Source of the DNA: the human T2T-CHM13v2.0 reference genome, Homo sapiens
Strand: one strand, 5' to 3'
Assembly: GCF_009914755.1 (NCBI RefSeq)
Contig: NC_060942.1
Length of the DNA: 64,000 bases
Made by a program: the position numbers and the translations under genes. How positions within the stretch are numbered: position 1 is the stretch's first letter; every line of letters starts with the position of its first letter. Below, piece by piece: positions 10,935-25,411 of this stretch. The notes beneath the pieces are model-generated. The model was not told where the DNA came from. It saw nothing but the letters and a program-made list of their open reading frames with translations, and made no database searches.

Positions 10935-13667
10935 AAATGTGTCATATCACTGCACACCCTGCAAACAACAAGCCATACTTCTTCCTTATGAACAGCAATA
11001 TGCTGAAACCACCATCTCTCACAAGTTAAGCCCATTAGGATTTTTTTCCCAAAAACTTCAGCAGACATGTGTTACAGTGTCACCTGTGTGTGTCGTTTGC
11101 ATATAAGGACATAAAGTTTTGTGAGTCCTCCAGTTTTCAAATTTAAATTTTGTTATATTCCTTAGATTCTGGTGTGTTGGGTGTGTATTCTGTCACTATT
11201 CCTGGGACATTTCCTGAAGGACGATGGGGCGTGGGGGGAGAGAAAGGACAATGGATGGACATGGCCAAGAACAGCAGTTTGACCAGAGAGGGCTGTTTCC
11301 TTTCCATTCTGTTTTAGTCTCAGCTGTCTTAGCGTCACACAGCAGACACCATCTCAAGAGTTGACCTCAGACCCGTTTCTAGGCAGAATATCCACTGTGC
11401 TGTTTTGCTGAGTTGGTGTTGTGTTTGTTCCTGCTGGTGCTCCAAAGATAAAGGCTCCTTGGTGCCCCTTCCTAAACTGGTGAGCACCTCCATGCATAAG
11501 TGGAGCACTCACCCTGGGCAGAGTGCAGTGGGAGAGGCTCCCAGAGATGGACAATAAAACCACAGTTTAAAAGATGACAATGTGCTGGGGAGACTTAGAA
11601 CCAACAAACACAGTGGAGTGACAGAGTGGGCTGGGGAGGGCCAAGCCCCACACATAACTGCTAATGGCCAACCCTGAGCTCCAAAGGGCCTCTAAACCCC
11701 AGCCCTGCAGTGTGACCCCTGAGAACCGGCTCAGTGGGAAGTTCTTACTGTCCAGCAGTGACCTCCAGGCTCTCCCATCTGCTGGCCTTATGAAGGATAA
11801 TACTTCCCATCACCAGTGAACGAAGAGGGGCAAATGTCCACATCCCGCAAGCTGCTCCTCCCTGCCACCCAAACAGGCTCGTTCTTAGATGGAGTGCCCT
11901 TAGCCATTGCGCTGCAATGCCCAGGAGGCTCCGCAGAAGTTGAACCCCCTCCACATGCGCTGAGTGCAGACGACACAGGAGCAGATAAGAGCGGCCCTGT
12001 GCTGCACTGACACTCACTAAGACTCAAACTTGGAGCGCTGAGGGGGAGCAGGGCCAATGCTGCTGTGTGCTGTGCACCGTCAACACCATGGCAACCATTT
12101 CCCAGCTGCTTTTCTTGAATGAGCAGGTTTGATTTTGATCAACTTTCAGTCGTACGCGCATGGGGAAGGTGGATACTGCCGGCCATCCCTCGTTCCCATC
12201 CAGCACGCTTGCCTCACAGCTGCCTCTGCTGCAGGAACCCTTATCCTGCTCTGTGCACCCCCCTTTCTAGCACCCTGAGGACAGGCCACATGCCCATTAG
12301 CAATGAGGGTAGAAGGCCCTGGCATCTTGAGTGAAGATGGGAGGGAGGACACCTGGGGCTCAGCAAGCCCCGCCGTGAGTCTGAGTGGCCTCCGCTTTAG
12401 CCATGCTTTTGCTAGAAGCAGCCTGAGGGTCTCAAGGGGCTTATCCTTGACACGGGCCCAACCCTCTGCCCTCTTCTTCTGCCTAGGGCCATGGAGGTGG
12501 GTGCTGTCCACAGATTTCCAGCCTCAGTCCCCACTGAGTCCCAGGGCTGCTCAGCCACCCTTGCACTTGTCCCTTCCACACCTCACAGGCACCATTTACC
12601 CCCCTGTCCTCAAGCCTCCTTCAAGGAAACGGAGGCCCTGCCCTTCCCTGCTTTCACCTGTCTCCAAGAAAGTGTTCATCCTCTGACTACTTCCCCCTGC
12701 CTCTTTCTGACACTTCTGCAACCTGTAATTAGTGCAGGATTCATCTCGTTTACAAAAATAAAAATAAAACCTTCTCTCCTGTACCTGAGTCCGGCCTAGC
12801 TCTTCCCACTTCCTGCTCGTGTCCACCTGCTTCTCAGGCAGGCGCCGTCCCCGCCCACGTCCAGGCTGTCCAGGCTTTCCCGTGTGCTCCTCCTGCCACG
12901 GCTGCTGTGGTCTCCCCACAGACACTGATACCTTCAGGGACTTCAGGGACCCAGGGACCTGTTTCAGCCTTTGGCAGTGGCGTGGGCCTATCCCATCCCT
13001 CTTGTTTCGCCAGCTTTTGTTTGGCCTTTGGTCTGACTTGGAGCTGCTGCTTTGATGCCTCATTTTCCAGGCTCTCCCTGCCTGATCCTGAAGGGCTAAG
13101 GGGCCCCAGAGCCCTTCCCTTCACCTCCCTTTCACTTTAGGGGTGCTTCCTGGGCCACTGGGTCATTCCCACGGCTGCAGCCAGGCCCGTCCTCCTTCTG
13201 GACACCCCCCTCCCCTTGGGCACCACAAACCAGGGACGCAGAGCCCCTCGCCTCCAGCAAGGTTGGTGCAGGGAAGCGGCCCCCACACCACCCGCCAACC
13301 TCCAGGCTCACCCACTTCATCCCCACCTCCCCATCATCTGTCACCAAGTCCTGTCACTCTATGTCCCAAACACCCCCATGAGGGCCTCATCTCATCTCTC
13401 CCCCACATTTACTATGGGTTTTATTGGGACGCTCAGTTATCTCCCAGGTTTTTGGAACAGATTCCTGGTGCTTCTCCCAGTCACTTTCACTTTTATTTCT
13501 TTTCCCTCCGGTCTTGTCCTCCTCATGACTGCCCAAGAAATCTCTCTAAAACACTGATCGGATCATGTTTCTCTCCCACCTAAATCTCTGAGTTGCTTCT
13601 TCTCACATCCAATTAAAAATGCAAATCTTCAGTACAGCATAAAAGACTGCCCCAATTTGACCCTCGG

Positions 13668-14086
13668 GGATATGAGTTGGATCTGTGTCCCCGCCAAATC
13701 TCATGTGGAATTGTAATCCTGAGTGTTGGAGTTGGGGCCCGGTGAGAGGTGACTGGATTCTGGGGGTGCAGTTCTCATCAATTGTTTAGCACCGTCCCCT
13801 GGTGCTGTTCTCGTGAAAGTGAGTGAGTGGGTTGTCGTGAGAGCTGGTTGTTTAAAAGTGTGTAGCACTTTCCCCCTCTCTGTTTTCCTGCTCTGGCCAT
13901 GTAAGACACACCTGCTTCCCCTTTGCCTTCCAACATAATTGTAAGTTTCCTGAGGCCTCCCCAGAAGCAGAAGCCACTATGCTTCCTGTATAGCCTGCAG
14001 AACCATGAGCCAAGTAAACCTCTTTTCTCTATAAAGTATCCAGGCTCGGGTATTTCTTGAGAACAGTGCGAGTACAGACTAATCCA
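13668..14086 (+). mobile_element. MST-family MaLR solo LTR
   Basis: gatatgagttggatctgtgtccccgccaaatctcatg...cagactaatcca. Confidence 0.85.
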
Positions 14087-14902
14087 CCTGGCCACCTTCC
14101 CACCATCAGCACTCTCCCCACCCAGGGCACCCAACTTGTCCCAGTTCCCCCAGGACTTTGAGGATTTCAGCCCTGAAGTTCTGACACCCACTGAGTTGGC
14201 TGCTCACCCTGTCATCCCCGCCATGCCCTGCTCCTGCTGTCCCAAAGTGTGCATGGGTCCCACGGGAGCATCTCCTTCATGCTGTTGCTTGTTTGCAGTT
14301 TTTCCTCCAGTGCTGCTGCTCTGTCCTTTTTTATCGTTCACTTTTGTCTACGTCAAAGTATACATGTAAATCGTTTTTAAAGCCCAATAGTTGAGTGTGC
14401 CTGGAAAGAGAAGCATCAGTCCCCTGCTCCTCCCTCCCTCTCTTGTCCTCCCTGGCTCCCTGTCCTCCAGGGCAGCCTCTTTCAGCTGTTCTTGTGCAGT
14501 TCACCCCAACCAGAAAGGCTTTGATCACCAGCTCTTCATTTTTTTTTGTGCTTATTACCTTCCCTCTATGAGGATTTTGTGCTCTCACCCCCCTCATCCC
14601 ATGCACACACACCCTTTTCTCCTGTCCTCCTGACGTTAAATCATATTTTGTTAGATCAATAATCAGTGTTTGTATCATTGTGAATATGTAAATATTATCT
14701 GCAGCTGAGCTAGGTAGTGCCTTTTGATTCTATCTCCTTTTCTGTACAGGTTTTTATTTGGAGTTAATACTTGCCTGTTTTTTGTTTCTTTGTTTTTGCT
14801 CTCTTGATTTTCTATGTAATTTTCACTTATCCCCGACCGCTCCATCAGAAGTATAAATATGTTCAAACACATTCAATAATCTATGAATTAAGTTATTCCT
14901 CT

Positions 14903-15205
14903 TTTTCTTTTCCTTTCTTTTTTTTTTAAGACAGAATCTCACACTGTCGCCCAGGCTGGAGTGCAGTGGCACACTCGGCTCACTGCAATCTTCCCCTCCT
15001 GGGTTCAAGAGATTCTCGTACTTCAGCCTCCTGAGTAGCTGGGATTATAGGCACGTGGCACCATGCCCGGCTAATTTTTGTATTTTTGGTAGAGATGGGG
15101 TTTCATCATGTTGGCCAGACTGGTCTCGAGCTCCTGACTCCAGGTGATCCGCCCATCTTGGCCTCCCAAAGTTCTGGGATTACAGGCGTGAACTACCACG
15201 CCTGG
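14903..15205 (-). mobile_element. AluS
   Basis: Alu consensus; flanked by ttattcctctttt on both sides. Confidence 0.93.
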
Positions 15206-15624
15206 ATGGATTATTCCTCTTTTTGTTAGTGACATCCCTCTGGCACCTCTATCTCCCTGTCCGGTCTAGCCTTTTCATCCCCAGGATTGCTACTAAGCTG
15301 TCATCCTTGTGCTTCCTTTTTCACTTCCTGGGAATTTTCTTTGCTCATCTCCTTTACTGGATCGCCTGTCCCTGCGTTTGTATTTTCTTCTTTCTTGGTG
15401 TACCCCTTCATTTTACCAGGAAAAAATCTCCAGTAACTTCCTTAGAAAATATGCATAGGAAGTCAGTTTCATGAGCCCCTACCTGTCTGAAGATATCTTT
15501 GTTTTTCCATAACACTTGATGGATGTGTGGTTGAGCATAGAATTCTGGCTGGAACTCTTTTCCTTCAAAAATTTCACAGCATTGCTTCCTGCTTCCACTG
15601 TTGAGTCTGAGACTGATACAATGA

Positions 15625-15816
15625 TTGTGTTTCAGTAAAACTTTATCTGCACAACTACGTGTTGTGTTCCAACAAAACTTTATTATTTACATGTTCTCTA
15701 CAGCTGCTTTTGTGTTATAGTGGCAGAATTGAGTAGCTGGGACAGAGGCTGTAAGGCCCACAATGTCTGAAATATTTACTATCTGGCCATTTACAGAAAA
15801 AGTTTATCAACCCCTG
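15625..15816 (+). mobile_element. MER58-type hAT-Charlie DNA transposon within old L1M sequence (~14650-16090)
   Basis: aaatatttactatctggccatttacagaaaaagtttatcaacccctg is the MER58 terminus. Confidence 0.75.
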
Positions 15817-16679
15817 TCCTATTGAGATCTTTATAGTTCACACTGGACTACTGTGGCTAATCCTCAAGTTTTCTTATCTTTATGTCCCTTTTGTCTTTCT
15901 GAGAGATAACCTTATTTTATCCTCCAAATCTCTTAAAAAATCTCTTCTATCATATTTTAATTTCCAAGTGCTTTTTACAGTTCTCTGAATTTTCCTTTTT
16001 CCTAGCATCCTGTCTTTTCCTCTATGAGGATATAAACTGGAATAGGTGTTTTTGGTTTTGTTCCTTGAATTGTCTGTTTCTGTGTGTTTTGGTCCCTGTC
16101 TTGCCCTGGGGGCTGTCCTCAGGTGACCGGTGCTCCTGGGCTGCCAGTCCACACTGAATGAAGAGCGTCGCACCAGAACACTGCCAGCCCCTTGTGCCCT
16201 GGTGGGGCATGCCCACAGGAGGGTCTGTGCATGCAGGGGCGGCCTAGCTTCCTCGGGGCCCATCCCTATTGTTAGCATTTATCCACCTTTTCTTTTGAGC
16301 CAGCAGGAGCCCTCTAATGTCTCTCCTGGGGAGATGGGTAAGGGTGGGGTATTTATTTTGACTGTTCGCCTACTTTCAGCACGGAGAACCGATCCACTGA
16401 GCACTTCCTCTATTCCAGACACCATTCCAGCCCCTGAGGTTAGTGGGAAGGAGGTCAGAGAAGGCCAATGCCTTCAGGCAGCGCCTCCCGATGGAGAAGA
16501 TGGACCAGGAATAAATACACTTTTTAAAATTAACACTATTATATTTCAGATTGCAAAAAAAGATATGAAGGAAATAGAAGAGGGTAAGTGATCGAGAGTG
16601 ATATCTGACCTAAGACCTGGCCGAAAAGAAGTCAGATTAGGATCTGGAGGAAGGGAAGGAATTTCAAGCAGAGGCAACT

Positions 16680-17080
16680 GCAATGACCCGGAGCGGAAGC
16701 AAGAGCCGGGACGCTCTCGGGGAGTGGGCAAAAAAGAGCGTCCCTCTCTCCTCACCCCGGCATCTGACCAAGAGCAGAACAGGGCAGAGAAACATGCAGA
16801 AGAGGGCGAAAAGGTTGCGTGTGTGTCTTAAGGCTGGCCATGGAGCCTGTGCCCTGTGTCGCCGGTAAGTGAGCCAATGACTGAGAGCCTGGTTCAATCA
16901 GACTTGCCCCCGCAGCCAGAGAGCGCCCCCTGTAGGGAGCCCGGGCTCCCGAGGGAGGGAAGACGGGCTGCGCGTGCGCAGTTCATCCTCCCCTCAGGCG
17001 GGGAGGTCAGGGGCCATGCAGGGAGGTCCTCCTGGCTGCAAACTGGGCGCGCCCAGGCGCCCTGGGGAGGGTGGCGTGGC
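16680..17080. promoter_or_regulatory. CpG-rich promoter/enhancer-like element
   Basis: Retained CpGs; ETS CGGAAG at 16694, CCAAT at 16874, NRF1-like TGCGCGTGCGCA at 16969-16980, GC box. Confidence 0.5.
16923..16936 (-). promoter_or_regulatory. CTCF motif, reverse orientation (CCTACAGGGGGCGC)
   Basis: Close match to CCASYAGRKGGCRS within a CpG-rich patch. Confidence 0.6.
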
Positions 17081-17312
17081 TGGAGCTCAGTGATTCAGGG
17101 GAAGAGTGTGTGAGATGGAGGCCAAGGCCAAGGGACATTAGTGAACACGATGCTCTGAATACAAGGAGAAATGGGAATTTCTAGCCTAGGAGCCGGGCTG
17201 CAGGTGAGCGGATGGAAAATTAAGAGGAAACATCAGGAGAACAGGGGATTCTGGCCAACGACACGACAGAATTCTTGCTGAAGGCAGGCCAGGTGATAAG
17301 ATGTCAGGACTG

Positions 17313-17567
17313 GGCCGGCACGGGGTCTCACGCCTGTAATCCCAGTACTTTGTGAGGCTGAGGCAGGAGGATCACTTGAGGCCAGGCATTTGAGACCAGC
17401 CTGGGCAAAAAAGTGAGACCCCGTCTCTACTCTCCTGCGCCCCCCACAAAATAAAGCTGGGCGCAGTACTTGAGCCCAGGAGGTCGAGGCTGTAGTGAGC
17501 CATGATCACGCCACTGCACTCCCCAATGGGTTACAAGGCAAGATCCTATCTCCTAAAGTAAAAATAA
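17313..17567 (+). mobile_element. AluJ-like, with deletion in the right arm
   Basis: ggaggatcacttgaggccagg diagnostic. Confidence 0.85.
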
Positions 17568-17574
17568 TGAGGGT

Positions 17575-18026
17575 TGTCGTGCAGAACCCCTGTTAACTCC
17601 AGTAGGGATGGTGCCATGTCCAATAGGCTGAGGAACAGACCTGGAGCCAGCTAAGGAGACGTAGGGTTTATTGGGGACTCACATACAGAGCTGTCCAGGA
17701 GCCCCAAGCTGGACAGGAAGATGGCTCTCATGTGTAAGAAGCATGCGGGTTATATGGCATTTTCACTTAGGAACCTCTACCTGGCAACCTCCACCTGGCA
17801 ACCTCCACCTAGCAACCTTCATTTAACCCAAAACAAAGGGCCTCAATCCCCTGTACCGCCTGCCATTCCAAGGGATGGGCCAGGGGTCTGGACGTCCTTC
17901 AGATGAATCTCCGGGCGGCCACTCCTGGATTCCTTAGCTCAGAACTTCGAACACACATTCCTTAAGACCATGGAGTCATTCTCAGGGTGTGCTTGACTTA
18001 TTGCTGTTAGGTGCATCTGCCCTACA
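17575..18026 (-). mobile_element. LTR47-like (ERVL) solo LTR
   Basis: TG...CA ends; reverse complement starts TGTAGGGCAGATGCACCTAACAGCAATAAGTCAAGCACACCCTGAGAATGAC; flanking GGGT duplication. Confidence 0.7.
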
Positions 18027-18555
18027 GGGTGGGGAGGAGGAATTTGATCAAACATCAGGAGTGGTCAGAACAAGGGTGAAACATTTGCTGCTACACCTGC
18101 CTGCCTGCATTCTTGCTAAAACTGGACTAAATGGGCCAAGGTCAAGGATTTGTCAGAAAGAGGACTTGGCATCCTGACTCAAGTTTGGTCAAAGGAGACA
18201 GCCTTTGTCACTGTGACCCCAACAGTGGGAATTTGGACAACCCCCTTGGACTCATGCATCTTTGTTTGTGAAGGGAAGCTTTGGACGCAGGAACGTGGAG
18301 TCGTTTCCAGTCTTGTTATTCATGCTTCCAGGACACCACTGTTTCCCAGGGCACAGCCGCAGGGATGGGCACCCATAGGTTCATCCCCCAGAGCATGAAT
18401 TTAGGGAGAGGAGAGTAGCCTTCCGCTGCACAGAACTGTCTGCTTCAGTGCTGAGGAAGCCAGCACTTTGGGTAGTTTGGGACCTTTTCATTCTAGATGG
18501 ATGTGACTTGGCAAAATTTAGCTTAAAATGAAAAGAAAGAGGGCTTTAGTGGGGT

Positions 18556-18557
<2 letters not shown>

Positions 18558-18595
<38 letters not shown>
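18558..18595. repeat. (GT)19 microsatellite
   Basis: Perfect dinucleotide run. Confidence 0.97.
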
Positions 18596-18599
<4 letters not shown>

Positions 18600-19799
18600 C
18601 TAGATCTTTTGCTAGTGACGGAACTGTGGCATCACTGTCCCAGTGAAATGAAGGGAAAAGGAGGCTCTCTAGGAGAGCGAGTGGGAGGGAGATTGGTCTG
18701 TATGTCAGGGAGGATCCAAGATGTCGCAATTCAGATTACAGAGCACGCTTGGAGAGATCTCCAGTTCATTACTGTGGAAGGCAAGATGTGTTAAACACGG
18801 CGCACTTTATGGGGAGAGGGGAGCTGCCTTTCGATAGAAGGAGGAAATGTGACCCAGAGGTAAGGCTTGAGTACAAACCATATTTGGGGAGGTTGCGATA
18901 TCTTCCATTCCCTTCCTGGGAGCGGGTTTGAGCGGGAAGCGGGGGGATTTACAGCCATCCCTCCAGAAGGTAGTGAACAGGTTTTGGAAAACTATTTGGG
19001 ACCCCATTTCTGTTATCACTCTTTTATATTTGGTCAAGATTGTTTGTTTAAATCCCTGGAAAGTTTTTCTTTTTTTTTTTTAATGGTAATGAAAGAAAAG
19101 TATTCATCTTCTTTAAGGATTTTTGTCCACCCTTGTTAAACATTTCTTTTTTCGTTCCAAGATTTTAAGTGGGCATCTCTCATCTTGTAAGATTCTTGGG
19201 AGAGTGACCTTGCCTTCCTAACATTTTTATCTCAGGGGCTCCCACTGTGCCTGGCACATTATAAGCTTCCAGCATAATTGTATGTATAAAAGAATGCACC
19301 AGCTTTGCAAACAACATGCCCCCGTTCTTTTTCATTGGCAGCCTTCTTATTTAGCACCATATATGACTAACCATCTTTACACAGGTGCTGGAAATGGAAC
19401 AAAGCCTTATTTGCCCCAGAAGCTATGGACACATTTCAAAATATAACCAATAGTGCTTTTTCCCAACTATAAAATAATGCACACAGAAAAGTTGGAAAAG
19501 ATAGAAACATTCAGGAAGAAAAAAAGATGGCTCCTGACCTCACAGTCTAGAGATAAACCTATTACCATTGTTTAATTTTTGTCCAGCTTTTTTGCTAAGC
19601 ACCATTTTAAAATAATTGTGATTATGCTGTATTTTATATCCTTTTTGAAATTTCGTTGGGCATCTTCCCTTTTTCTTAAAAATTCTTAATAAATATTCCC
19701 AAATTCACCCAACAGAATTACTATGTATTCAAACGTATTAATAACACATTTATATGGTTTTCAGCTTTTTGCTATTGTAAATAACACTTTATTGAACAT

Positions 19800-20484
<685 letters not shown>

Positions 20485-21142
20485 CCCTTTGCTGTTATCT
20501 TGATTAGACGTTATGAACAACTGGAGCAAGAGGTAGAGAGCTGTGGCTGTTCCTCTCTGCAGCATAGGAAGAATAGCTTTGGATTTCAGATGAGGGTGGG
20601 TGCAGCCCCGGTAACGCTGGTGAAGGGTGGGTGGGCCCAGGGCAGTGGAGCAAGAGTGAAGGAGAGTGCTGAGGTCAAAGCACCTACCACAAAGGGAAGC
20701 GTAATGTAGATTTTTTTTCCTTTTGGAAGAAAAAAGAAGTTGAGTGAAGAGAAAATTCTGATGTAGCATTGGATGATTTTTAAAGGGTTAAACAGCTCAG
20801 CTTTGAGAAGGAAAATCAAGATTTCATTCTTACCCTTTGCAAATGCTCCTTTAGTGGCTGGTGATGGATAGCAGATTTCTATGACCTGGCTTATGTGCTC
20901 TCAAATCTAGTAGCTGCAAGTTCATGGTAAGATGTAAAATGTTAAGATGAGTTCCAGATAGGTGGTACTTTGCCAATGTAGGACGCTGGTGTTCTCCATG
21001 AACTCAGCTTGGCATATTTTTTTCCTCAAGCATTTCACAGTCTATTAGAGTAAACGTCATTTTAAAAAATAATAGGAGCCAAGGGTTCTGGAGCAGACAG
21101 CTCTGAGTTCAAATCCTGGTGCTGCCCTCATTACTAGGTGAC

Positions 21143-21490
21143 TGCTGTGGTCTGAATCCTTGTGTCCCCCCTAAAATTCGTATGTTGAAACCTAATCACC
21201 AATGTAATGGTATTTGGAGGTGGGGAACTTTGGGAGGTGATTAGTCATGACGGATCTGCCCTTATGAATGGGATTAGTGCCCTTATAAAAGAGGCCCAAG
21301 GGAACTGCCTTGCCTCTTCCACTGTGTGAGGACACAGGAAAGGTGCCATCTCTGAACCAGAAAAGTGGGACCTCACCAGACACCGAATCTGCTGACGCCC
21401 AGCCTCCAGAACGGTGAGCAATAAATTTCTGTTGTTTCTGGGCCATCCAGTATGTTAAGGTACTTTTGTAGTAGCAGCTCCGAGTCAGCG
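21143..21490 (+). mobile_element. MLT1A-like MaLR LTR inserted into a MIR
   Basis: aaattcgtatgttgaaacctaatcaccaatgtaatggtatttggaggtgggg; MIR-like sequence on both flanks. Confidence 0.8.
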
Positions 21491-22300
21491 ATCTTAGCAG
21501 TGTAACCTCCCAGTGCTTTGGTGACTTTATCTGTAAGCTGGGATTCACAGTACACAGCCATCAATGCAGTGAAACACTGTGCCTGATGTCATTAGCAGAG
21601 GCCTGGCCTGGGGAAGGGCTTAATTTCAAAGTGTCTCACATGCACAGAAAGGAGAAGAGCCACCCACCTCAGGAACAGAGATGGCTTCACGAAATAGGGG
21701 CACGTTCTCCAGTGGTTCTTATGGGATGTTTGGGAAGTGGCCCATGGAGAAGTGGGGTAACGACACCCCCGGCAGGGAACAGGTGTTTCAGGCATGTGAA
21801 GTGTGTCCTGACCCCTAACGGCTTCTACTGGATGATTCTGCATTTTTTGACATCTTCCTAGATCACGTGTAAGTGAGAATTGTCCTCCTGCCTCCTTAAA
21901 ATAATTATTCTTCTAAGAATCAAAAATGATTAGATCTTAAGGAACTTTTTCTAGGCAAACAATAAGAGGAACATATCTTCCTCTATTCTTCTTTGATGTT
22001 GAATTTAGTATTGTTTAAGTAGTCTGGCATAAACTGGTAACTGTTGGTGGATTTCAGTGTCTCTTATGTACTTTAAATACCATCTGTCTGGTGCTAGCGC
22101 AGTGTCTACTGTCTTTCTGCCTGTGAATATGTAATAGGCATCACAAACACATCCCGTCCAAAACAGAACTCCCGGTTTGCTACTCCAAACTATTTCTCCC
22201 ATAGTCTTTTTCATCACAAAAATGTCACCATTATCCACTCATTTGCTCTGCCCTAAACTCCAGGGATCATCCTCGATTCCTTTTTCCCTCCCTACTCTGA

Positions 22301-22946
<646 letters not shown>

Positions 22947-23256
22947 CATTTTTAAAAAGACATATCCCAGCCATCCACTTCTGTCTGTCTCCACAGCTCC
23001 TGTAAGCTACCATCACCTCTCATTTGCACTTCTGTAGGAGGGTCCATTATGCACCCACAGCCATCTATTTCCCATCAGAGCCATCATTGTTAATGCACAT
23101 CATGCCAGATTCCCGAGGGGAGGTCTCCAGTGGCCTTCCATCATTTTAGAATACAACCCAAACTCCTCATCAGGGCCCCCGTGGTCTTATGTGATCTGTC
23201 CACCTCCCAGCCATGGGCTTTTGCCCTCTTGCCCTCACTCCACCCTCTGGCCCCAA

Positions 23257-23465
23257 GATTCTCAGCCTCAGCACCAGGCACATTTCAGTCCAGATCATTC
23301 TTTGGTTGGGTGCTGTCCTGTGCATTGTGGGACAGTTAGTGCCATCTCTAGCCTCTACCTACTAGCTGCCACTAGCATCCTCCCACACTGCCGACAGCAA
23401 CACTGTCTGCAGACATTGCCAGATATCCCCTGGGAGGCAAAGTCACCCCCAGTTACAGTGACTGG
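23257..23465 (-). mobile_element. MER20
   Basis: ctgtcctgtgcattgtgg...cagacattgccagatatcccctgggaggcaaagtcaccccc is reverse-complement MER20. Confidence 0.8.
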
Positions 23466-25119
23466 TCTAGTTACACCGGCTTCCTTCCTGCGGCGCGAGC
23501 CTGGCTGGTCTCCATTTAGACCCAGTGTAGTCGCTCTTCTTCAGTCTGCTGTGCTTCCTCCGAGAGTGTTGTGTCAGCTCCTTCTCTGTTCTGACCTCAG
23601 CTCAGATGTTGCCTCCCCACAGGGTAACTGAAGGGTCTTCTTTGACCACCCTGACTTGGAAGGCCCTCCCTTCCAAGTCACCCCACATTACATTACTGCA
23701 TTTTAATTTCTTCCTGTCCTTCATCAATATCCGAAATGATCTCATTTATCTGCCTGTTCACAATCTCCCCATTAGGTTGGAAGCTTCATGAGAGTAGAAA
23801 CTTACCTGTCTAAAGTGTCCCTAAAATGACCAACAGTGCCAGGCAGATAGCGGGTGCGTGGGAGACAACAGCTGTGGAGTGGAGACATCAATAACATATT
23901 TCTCCTTTACTGAGGTTCCTAGAAGGTTGGGGAGTGGTGGCATGGGGCTGCTTGGGATCATTCCAGGGTGTGATGACCTGAGAAAGTTGTGGGAGTAGGG
24001 GGGCTTGTTTTGTTTTTTGTTTTGTCAGCACCTTCTAGGCTCAGCCATCTTCTTCTGATGAGCTAAGTGCCAGGGGTCTCTGGTGAGTGACCCCACAGAT
24101 CTTACCCAGAGGTGCCACACAGCCTTCTTGGCTCTGATAGAGGGGTCACTTCTGGAATAGCCTAAGCAGAAGTGCAGCAGGCCGAGAATAGCCTGGTCTT
24201 GGAGAGGTTTTTGACTAAAAGAGGTCATTGAGTGTTGTGTCTGGTCCAGGAAGCTAATCCAGGAACAGGAAGGTGCTGTACTGGGAGCCAAGGCATGGAG
24301 GCCAGAGCCTCCCTCCCTCCCGCAGAGCATGGCGCCCAGCCCGTCCTCCTGACTGCCCCGTGCTCTTTGCCTCCTCCCTCTCCAGGTCTCATGTGATGTG
24401 TTTCTGTGCGGCTGCTGGCCCAACCTCTTGACTCTCCTCTCTGCCAAATACCAAGGCCAGCTCTGTCTCCTTTTGACCTCCGAAGCTGTGGATACAGTGA
24501 ATCACTTTTTCTCCTAATTGTCTCCTCTATTCTTGGCAGACTTCCTTAAAAGAAAAAAATCAATCGCAAGATTAATATTAACCACAAAGGACATGTTTTT
24601 CTACTTTTTTTTTTACATCTGATTTTTCAATCTCAATCGATTCAGTTTGTTGCAACTACAATAGATGATGGTTAAATATTAGAGGCAGGAGCTTGGTGGC
24701 AAAGGCATATTGATAGAATTTATATCAAATACTGAAGTTTGCAACATAAAAATGAATCACTTTATTATTTCCTATAGACATGCAGCTGCTCAAAACAGCA
24801 TGCTCCCAGGTCACAAATGCGTGTATCGATTAGCATATAACACATGCCTATTGGCCTTGAGCTAAGCATCCAGGACTCTATGGCCCTTGTCCCCCAGGAG
24901 GAGGAAATTCAAGCAAAAGTCTTTGGTTCTCACTGCAACAACATCCATGTGTGCGCCCAGCCTGGGATACCTGGTGTCTTTGGACTCCTGAGAGTTCGTC
25001 ATGTTTATAGCTCTGCAGTATGCTCCTGAGGACAGATGCTGTCACTCCAGGTGCTTCTCCACCTGGACAGACAGATCTCAGTGACAACGCTGAAGAAATA
25101 AATTTAAAAAGGAATTGGA

Positions 25120-25411
<292 letters not shown>

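Larger units (their letters stand above)
17090..18210 (-). mobile_element. MER31/MER67-like ERV1 LTR, split by an Alu and a second LTR
   Basis: Reverse complement starts TGACAAAGGCTGTCTCCTTTGACCAAACTTGAGTCAGG. The continuation cctggcctgccttcagcaagaattc lies at ~17270-17295. Confidence 0.6.

Noticed and set aside
11700-13600. Dense overlapping ORFs in a GC-rich stretch
   Set aside because: Low-complexity Pro/Ser/Gly products on both strands, no recognisable homology or consistent exon structure.
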